DNA from: Octopus vulgaris
Taxonomy: Eukaryota
Assembly (NCBI GenBank): GCA_951406725.2
Contig: OX597839.1
Coordinates: 1,302,001 to 1,366,000, forward strand
Length of the DNA stretch: 64,000 bases
Reading direction: 5' to 3'
In this document: piece by piece, positions 57,186-64,000 of the stretch
How the letters are laid out: every line of letters starts with the position of its first letter
How positions within the stretch are numbered: position 1 is the stretch's first letter
Made by a program: the position numbers and the translations under genes
Notes under the pieces: generated by a model
What the model was told of the DNA's origin: nothing
The model's database searches: none
Seen by the model: the letters and a program-made list of their open reading frames with translations, nothing else

Positions 57186-57299
57186 GTATTCCATATTTTC
57201 AGGAAGTGCACCATATCTCTTCTTTTGAAAATCCTGTAACTTTTTCAGGTCTTCTGTCACTCTTACTACTTCCCCAATTCTGGATCCAATTCCTCCCAT
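57186..57299 (-). CDS. Diverged REP first-half exon of the upstream 5' module (exon 57186-57331): MGGIGSRIGEVVRVTEDLKKLQDFQKKRYGALPENMEY
   Basis: ttgcag acceptor, gtaagt donor, 146-nt exon identical in size to 42632-42777; in-frame TGA precedes the ATG; aligns with the REP pattern G.vVr...D...v...Q...G.....M. Confidence 0.75.
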
Positions 57300-57396
57300 T
57301 CTTTCCACAAGTTCAATTCCACGTCAAACAACTGCAAAAGCAATAGTAGTAGCATATGGGAGTGGATAGATGGGTGGATGGACGGATGGATAGACT

Positions 57397-57449
<53 letters not shown>

Positions 57450-57591
57450 ATTTGAAAATGGATGCGTGGAGTTCAATAATATAGTAATATAAATAATTTA
57501 TAAATGCATATGCATATATACATATATATGTGTATATATATGCATATATATATGTGTATAAATATATATATATATATATGATTATATATCG

Positions 57592-57661
<70 letters not shown>

Positions 57662-58329
57662 ATGTATAGGACGTTACAAAACGTAGACGAGATGAAATAC
57701 TAAAACAACAAGAAATAGCAGATAAACATATGTATGCGAACAACGAGAGAAACAAATGAGAAACAAGACAAGTAACATAAAGAACGGTCCTTCATCAGTT
57801 GTCGGTTGTTTATCTACTCCACATTTCGAGCAATTTACGACAACATGATACATAAATACATGCATATATATATATATATATATATATTAACAATTGAGGA
57901 TAAAATCTTTAAAAGAAATTATCAGTAGTCAGCGTGAAAAACCTCGTAAGAGAAAAAATCCGTAAATTCTTCCTCTTTGAAAATATTCATTTATATTATA
58001 TTGAGGGTACTACTATTCGTAGATACCACACGCTAAGAGGGACCAATGCGGTCAAAACTACTAAAATAAACAAAATTTTACCGAATGCAAAACTTCAAAG
58101 CAAATCATTTTAAAAAAGAATTCAGTTACATATCACCTGTGATTTCGCATTTAAATGCAGAATATGCATTTCATGTTCATCAGTGCAACAAACTCAAGAA
58201 ATGTAAGGGAAAACATACCGTTACAAGCTCGATAGCCAACCGTAGAATTTGTCGTAGCATGTACGAATGTTTATCTTTACATATCTATGAAAATGGCGGG
58301 CTTATTCGCCATGCATTTCGGTAACAAAT

Positions 58330-58690
58330 TGCCTACTCGGAATAAAAAGGTACCATCCACTCTTGCCATTTTCGCAACATTCACCCACCTTTCAATAAAC
58401 TCACTCTCCGATCTCAATTTCCTTTTCAAATGAAACTCGAAGAAATCGATGAAAGCTCTACCGAGGAGGAATGATTTTTTCCTCATGCCTTTCAGCCTTG
58501 TTCACCAAACAACCTCTTCCGCTGTAGCCACCCGGCAAAGGAAAACTATCCGACTGAAGGTGGGCGGCGCTGCAATCATCACTACAGACTCGGACGACAA
58601 GGGGGTCATTCCCTCCCCCACCCGTGACAGCAACTGTTCGACATAACGCCACAAGTACGCAATGCCCGGACACTGAACGAGGGTGTGAAG
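58330..58690 (-). mobile_element. Probable Tx1/L1 ORF2 C-terminal fragment
   Basis: FFEFHLKRKLRSE..FIERWVNVAKMARV; GC-richer than the flanks. Confidence 0.5.
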
Positions 58691-58705
58691 AACAGTTTCG
58701 TCAAT

Positions 58706-59058
58706 GGAGGAGGAAGAAGAAGAAGAAGAAGAAGAAGAAGAAGAAGAAGAAGAAGAAGAAGAAGAAGAAGAAGAAGAAGAAGAAGAAGAAGGGGGAGGAG
58801 GAAGAAGAAGAAGAAGAAGGGGAGAGAAGGAAGAAGAAGAAGAAGAAGAAGGGGAGGAGGAGGAGGAGGAGGAGGAAGAAGAAGGGAAGGAGGAGGAGGA
58901 AGAAGAAGAAGGGAAGGAGGAGGAGGAAGAAGAAGAAGGGAAGGAGGAGGAGGAAGAAGAAGGGGAGAGAAGGAAGAAGAAGAAGAAGAAGAAGAAGAGG
59001 AAGAGGAAGAGGAAGAAGAAGAAGAAGGAGAAGAAGAAGGAGAAGAAGAAGAAGAAGA
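58706..59058. repeat. (GAA/GGA)n polypurine tract; similar tracts at 48275-48455, 61130-61700 (opposite strand) and 29400-29480
   Basis: Directly visible. Confidence 0.97.
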
Positions 59059-59075
59059 CATGCTCGTATACTCAC

Positions 59076-59435
59076 ATGAAAATTATCCCTACACTTAGAC
59101 GTAGTATAACGAGGAAACTTTGAGGAAGTTAACTTGATGATAGACAAAGAAATGTACTTTGGTTCTCTCCAAGACACAACTTTTGGTGAGATACAACGAT
59201 GAATGTGTCTGAATGTTGTGTGAAAATGTGTTCACCTCTCTTCGTATACCAACTTATGAGCTATTCTGTGTGTATGTGTGTGTGTGGGAGGAAGAGCTGA
59301 GGTGGAAGACTGAAAATGAGTGGGAGGTGGAAAGGAAAAATAGCTTGTTCGTTTATTGAAGTTGCTGCTATTTTCATTGTCGTTAACTTCCATTGATCTT
59401 GCTTAGAGACATGTCTATTATCAGTGCTGGTGACA
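59076..59435 (-). other. Putative non-coding first exon/promoter of the upstream REP module (segment A, copy 2)
   Basis: Same gtgagtat donor and (CTT)n; shared blocks cctctcttcg..caacttat, aggtggaaag..agct, gagaca..tatcagtg.tggtg. Confidence 0.5.
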
Positions 59436-62169
59436 GTGATCATAGTCGTGAGGATGTATACAATATATACAATACACTTTTCCATAGATAAATAAATAAT
59501 GTCCCATGAGGGAGCAAGGTGTGGATATGAGTAGGGTGAATATATGTTTTCATTTTAAAATGAGTTACAAGACAAGAATTCAATTAATTAAGGATAGGGT
59601 CACGACTCAGTGAAGGCTCACATAGCGGAGATGTAAACGGAACCTTTCCCCACTTTAGAAAAAACAAAATTATGGAATCCCATGTTTTAGGTTATGGTAA
59701 TTCCTATTCTGAATTTTTCTTTTTTTTAAATCGCAACTTCAAAATTTCAATTCCATGTCCCCCTCCACCATTTCTTCATTTTTTCACAGACAGAATATTG
59801 TTTAATAGCTAAAAGAGATTGTACTAATTTCACTAAAACTGGTGTTACTCTTACTGCATTGTGTGTGTGTGTGTGTGTATGATGAAATGAAATGGCTCCT
59901 TCTCGACTGATGCCAGGCTCATAAGGGCCGGTTTCTCACTTTCAGTGGTGTAGAAATTCCCCACCTGGACGGGATGTCGATGTATCACAGGATTGCTTAT
60001 TTTTGCCAGCTGAGTAGACAGGAGCAACGTGAAATGAAGTGTTTTGCTCAAGAACAGAAAGCATACAGAAAAAGAGTACTATTTATAAATTAAGTGCAGA
60101 GGCAGTTACACTAAATATAGTAGTAGCTGACACCAAGCAAGATAAAGTGAAAGTACATTTTTCCGCGAAATCGTGAGTTCTGTCAGTATGACCTACATCA
60201 GACAGAATATTGTTTAATAGCTAAAATTATTAACAAACAACAAGGCGTCGAGCTAGAAGATTCGTTGGCGCATCGAATTGAAATTTTTCAAACGATTTTT
60301 GCTTTTCAGAATCATAATCTCCGTATTTTTGTACGGATTTCGCAAAAAAAAAAAAAAAAAAACAAATCCGGAAAAAGTGAAAAAATGAAGAAATGGTGGA
60401 GGGGGGCATGGAATTGAAATTTTGAAGTTGCGATTTAAAAAAAAAAATTCAGAATAGGAATTACCATAACCTAAAACATGGGATTCCATAATTTTGTTTT
60501 TTTTTTAAAGTGGGGAAAGGTTCCGTTTACATCTCCGCCATGTGAGCCTTCACTGAGTCGTGACCCTATCCTTAATTAATTGAATTCTTGTCTTGAAAAT
60601 CCTTTTAAAATGAAAACATTATATATTCACCCTATTCATATCCACACCTTGCTCCCTCATGGGACATTATTTATTTATCTATGGAAAAGTGTATTATATA
60701 TATCGACATAAATGGATGTATGTATAAGTCTGAGTGTATATATGTCTATATATGTGTGTATGTGTATGTGTGCATGTGCGTGTGTGCTTATGTAGATGGA
60801 TGTATATATATAGCTATATCTCCGTGTATACATTTTATTTATTTATTTATTTATTTAGCTATGTCTGTTATAGCTTACATAGTTTATAATTCTCCTGAAC
60901 ACTCCTTAAATAATTGCTGCTCTGCTTTTACGGCAATACAGCCCACATTAGTTTTTCCCATTCCTTTTCTTTTCCTTTTCTTCTTTGCATCTATTTTTGC
61001 CTTCCCTATAACTCTAAGGTCACCAAACAGGTCTGTTAGCTGGGAGCATACTGTTAGCCACGAGCATACTCATAGATATACTGGTTCCCTATATATGGCC
61101 CCCACTTATTTTGTCTATGTTGTCTAGCTCCCTTCTCCGCCTCCTCCTCCTCCTTCTTCTTCTTCTTCTTCTTCTTCTTCTTCTTCTTCTTCTTCTCCTT
61201 CTTCTTCGCCTTCTTCTCCTTCTTCTTCTCCTCCTCCTCCTCCTTCTTTTTCTTCTTCTTCTTCTTCTTCTTCTTCTTCTCCTTCTCCTCCTACTCCTAC
61301 TCCTCCTCCTCCTTCTTCGTCTTCCTCTTTTTCTTCTTCTTCTTCTTCTTCTTCTTCTCTTCCTTCTTCTTCTTCTTCTTCTCCTCCTCCTCCTCCTCCT
61401 TCTTCTTCTCCTCCTCCTTCTCTTTCTTCTTCTTCTTCTTCTTCTTCTTCTTCTCCTTCTTCTTCTTCTTCTTCTTCTTCTCCCTCTTCTTCTTCTTCTT
61501 CTTCTTCTTCTTCTTCTTCTTCTTCTCCTCCTTCTTCTTCTTCTTCTTCTCCTCCTCCTCCTCCTCCTTCTTCTTCTTCTCCTCCTCCTTCTCTTTCTTC
61601 TTTTTCTTCTTTTTCTTCTTCTTCTCCCTCTTCTTCTTTTTCTTCTTCTTCTCCCTCTTCTTCTTCTTCTTCTTCTTCTTCTTCTTCTTCTTCTTCTCGT
61701 CTTCCAACCTTTCTTCCCACTACATAATCTCTATCCAACTTACTCATCCCATATCCACTAATATTTTTTTGTTTCCTCTCGATATAAGCTTAAAAAGAAA
61801 AAAAAAGTCTGATGAAGTGCCTCTTTAATGTTGGTTCAGAATCAATTGTAAGGAATCATTAAGGATGTGTTAAAGACTTTTCTTTGTCTTCTTATCATTT
61901 GGATTATTTACCCTTCGCTAAAGCTGCTTTACGGCAGTATTGTCGTGAAACTTGGATTCTGTACGCCCGAGAAATTCCTGTTTTGGCCTTAAAGCCGACA
62001 GTCATGAGAGCCCCCAGTATTCGGGTCGATTACTTCTCTGGAAATACCCTCACTTTTCACTCAATTATCTTTATCTTATATTAAACTTTTTAATACTTTT
62101 TGATAGTTATATTTATTAAAAAAAAAAATTAAAATAATAAATAATAATAATAATAATAATAAATATATA

Positions 62170-62226
<57 letters not shown>

Positions 62227-62408
62227 TTATAAGTATAAATTAATAATTTAAATATTTTTTAAAATTCTAACTTTAAATTTTAATAATTTAAATTTTGAAT
62301 TTTATATTTTATATATTTTGTATATTATATTAATTAATTTTATTTCTATGTATTGGTTTATTTTTTTCACTGTTTGATTTGCCTAACAATGGTTTTAGCT
62401 CTAATTTA

Positions 62409-62466
<58 letters not shown>

Positions 62467-62525
62467 GGGTGTGCGTGTTATGTATGTATATATATATATG
62501 TATATGTATATGTATATATGTATAT

Positions 62526-62602
<77 letters not shown>

Positions 62603-62969
62603 AAAATACAAACTGGGACAAGAACGTAAAACATTTAGAAGACGATACAAAAAACACGGACGGGACATTCGAAGCCTTTAATCTTCAGTCAAGAACCGGA
62701 TCATCCTAGCAATTTCGGCTGATTAATATTGAGATCGCTCCGATCCGGCCAGCCCCAAGGAAAAACTAAGCTACGAGCATTAGATATCTTGGAAGATGGA
62801 TCGAATGTATACGAAACAGGGACAGAAAAACGGACGATGCCACACGAATATAAAATGCCTTTATCGGCAGACGAAGACAACGATGTTCTCACGGCAGTGG
62901 TCGGAGGCCAAAAGGCTGATTTTGACCAGCGACCACGTGAGAGAAGAGAGAAAAGAAATGGGGCAAAGG

Positions 62970-63019
<50 letters not shown>

Positions 63020-63252
63020 GTATATGTGTATATATATATATAAGTTCAGTAAAAAACTTAGATTCAGTTGTTCAGTTGAATATGGTACTTAAGTTAAAGG
63101 CACAAGAATTTAGTATGGTATTAACCATATAATTCAAACTGGGGTGATTGTAATCAAAATGAGCAACAAGGATATCCGGGGGTAATGCATTACCTCTGGA
63201 TATCCTTGTTGCTTATTTTGATTATGTATATATCTCTATATCTATCTATCCA

Positions 63253-63289
<37 letters not shown>

Positions 63290-63465
63290 TGTGTGTGTAC
63301 AAATAAGACGAGGAAATAGAAGAAAGAAAGAAAAAAGACAGACAAACAGACAGAAGACAGACAAGCAAATAGACAACCATCATATAAATATATATATATA
63401 TATGTATGTATATAAGTGAACGATATAGAAGTGTATTTTGATTAAATAAGAAGTAGAGACACTTA

Positions 63466-63580
63466 CGTTGAATGTAGTAGTAATTGACACGAAGGCAGAT
63501 AAAGTGAAAGTAAATTTTCCACGAAAAATCCCCACAGTTCTGAAAGTATGACCTACTTCAGAGGGAATGCTGTTTAACTG
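63466..63580 (-). promoter_or_regulatory. Segment B, triplicated (also 60108-60222 and 46888-46998), with IRF-E-like AAAGTGAAA(G/C)T; this copy has a kB-like GGGGATTTTTC and ends in a gtaagt donor
   Basis: Three diverged copies share gataaagtgaaa..aaattttcc..gttct..atgacctac.tcaga; function is inferred. Confidence 0.35.
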
Positions 63581-64000
63581 TGAAAGAGGCAGCAGCAGGC
63601 GAGGTAGAAAAAGTAAGTTTAGAAATTATGCAAGAAAGAGTGTATTTCCTATTTCAATGAGTCAGCCGTGTCACACTTTCTGTCATTCTGAATCTTCCCG
63701 AGAACAATGTTAAGTGTACACGCGTCTCTAGAGTGCTCAGCCACTTGCACGTCAATTTCACGAGCGGGCTATTTTGTTGGTCAGATCAAATGGAACACTC
63801 ATCTTTGTAACCGACGGAGTGCCACGATATATATATACACATAACTGGCATTGGCACAGACACTCCGTCGGTTACGACAACAGTTCATCCGATCAAATGA
63901 GCAGCCTGTTCGTGAAATTACCGTGAGGGCGGTGAGCTGGCAGAAACGTTAGCACGCTGGGCGAAATGCATAGCTGTATTTCGTCTGCCGTTACGGTCTG

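Noticed and set aside
58606-61761. Poly-E/K/L/S ORFs
   Set aside because: Pure (GAA/GGA)n microsatellites with no splice or start context
62600-62970. ORF 62729-63043 and similar short GC-richer islands between (TA)n tracts (5020-5300, 34210-34345, 46215-46670, 57675-57845)
   Set aside because: No domain similarity; they look like recurrent retroelement (possibly Penelope-type) ends, and the family cannot be assigned by eye

Overview
AT-rich, microsatellite- and SINE-dense animal genomic DNA. The repeat landscape suggests a coleoid cephalopod such as Octopus (inference). The main gene is a minus-strand Mind bomb (MIB2-like) E3 ubiquitin ligase, rebuilt by hand from 16 coding exons (42754->13756, 774 aa). 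All junctions are GT-AG and phase-consistent. The gene is atypical in three ways: it has no N-terminal MIB/HERC2-ZZ (MZM) region (an in-frame stop precedes the ATG), it has three MIB (REP/SH3_15) repeats from an internal exon-triplet duplication, and its last RING has Cys at the linchpin Arg position. About 13 kb upstream is a diverged duplicate of the gene's 5' module (non-coding exon, 146-nt ATG exon, 114/126-nt exon) that the ORF track misses. It could encode a stand-alone 79-aa single-REP microprotein, or act as an alternative N-terminus spliced onto the shared downstream exons. The rest of the window holds a decayed hAT element next to the start exon, a near-complete mariner, tandem non-autonomous Helitrons, R4/Dong- and Tx1/L1-type LINE fragments, several tRNA-derived SINE families, large simple-repeat tracts and many fold-back inverted repeats. 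Most ORFs in the supplied track are microsatellite artefacts. Coordinates were counted by hand, and repeat boundaries are approximate.
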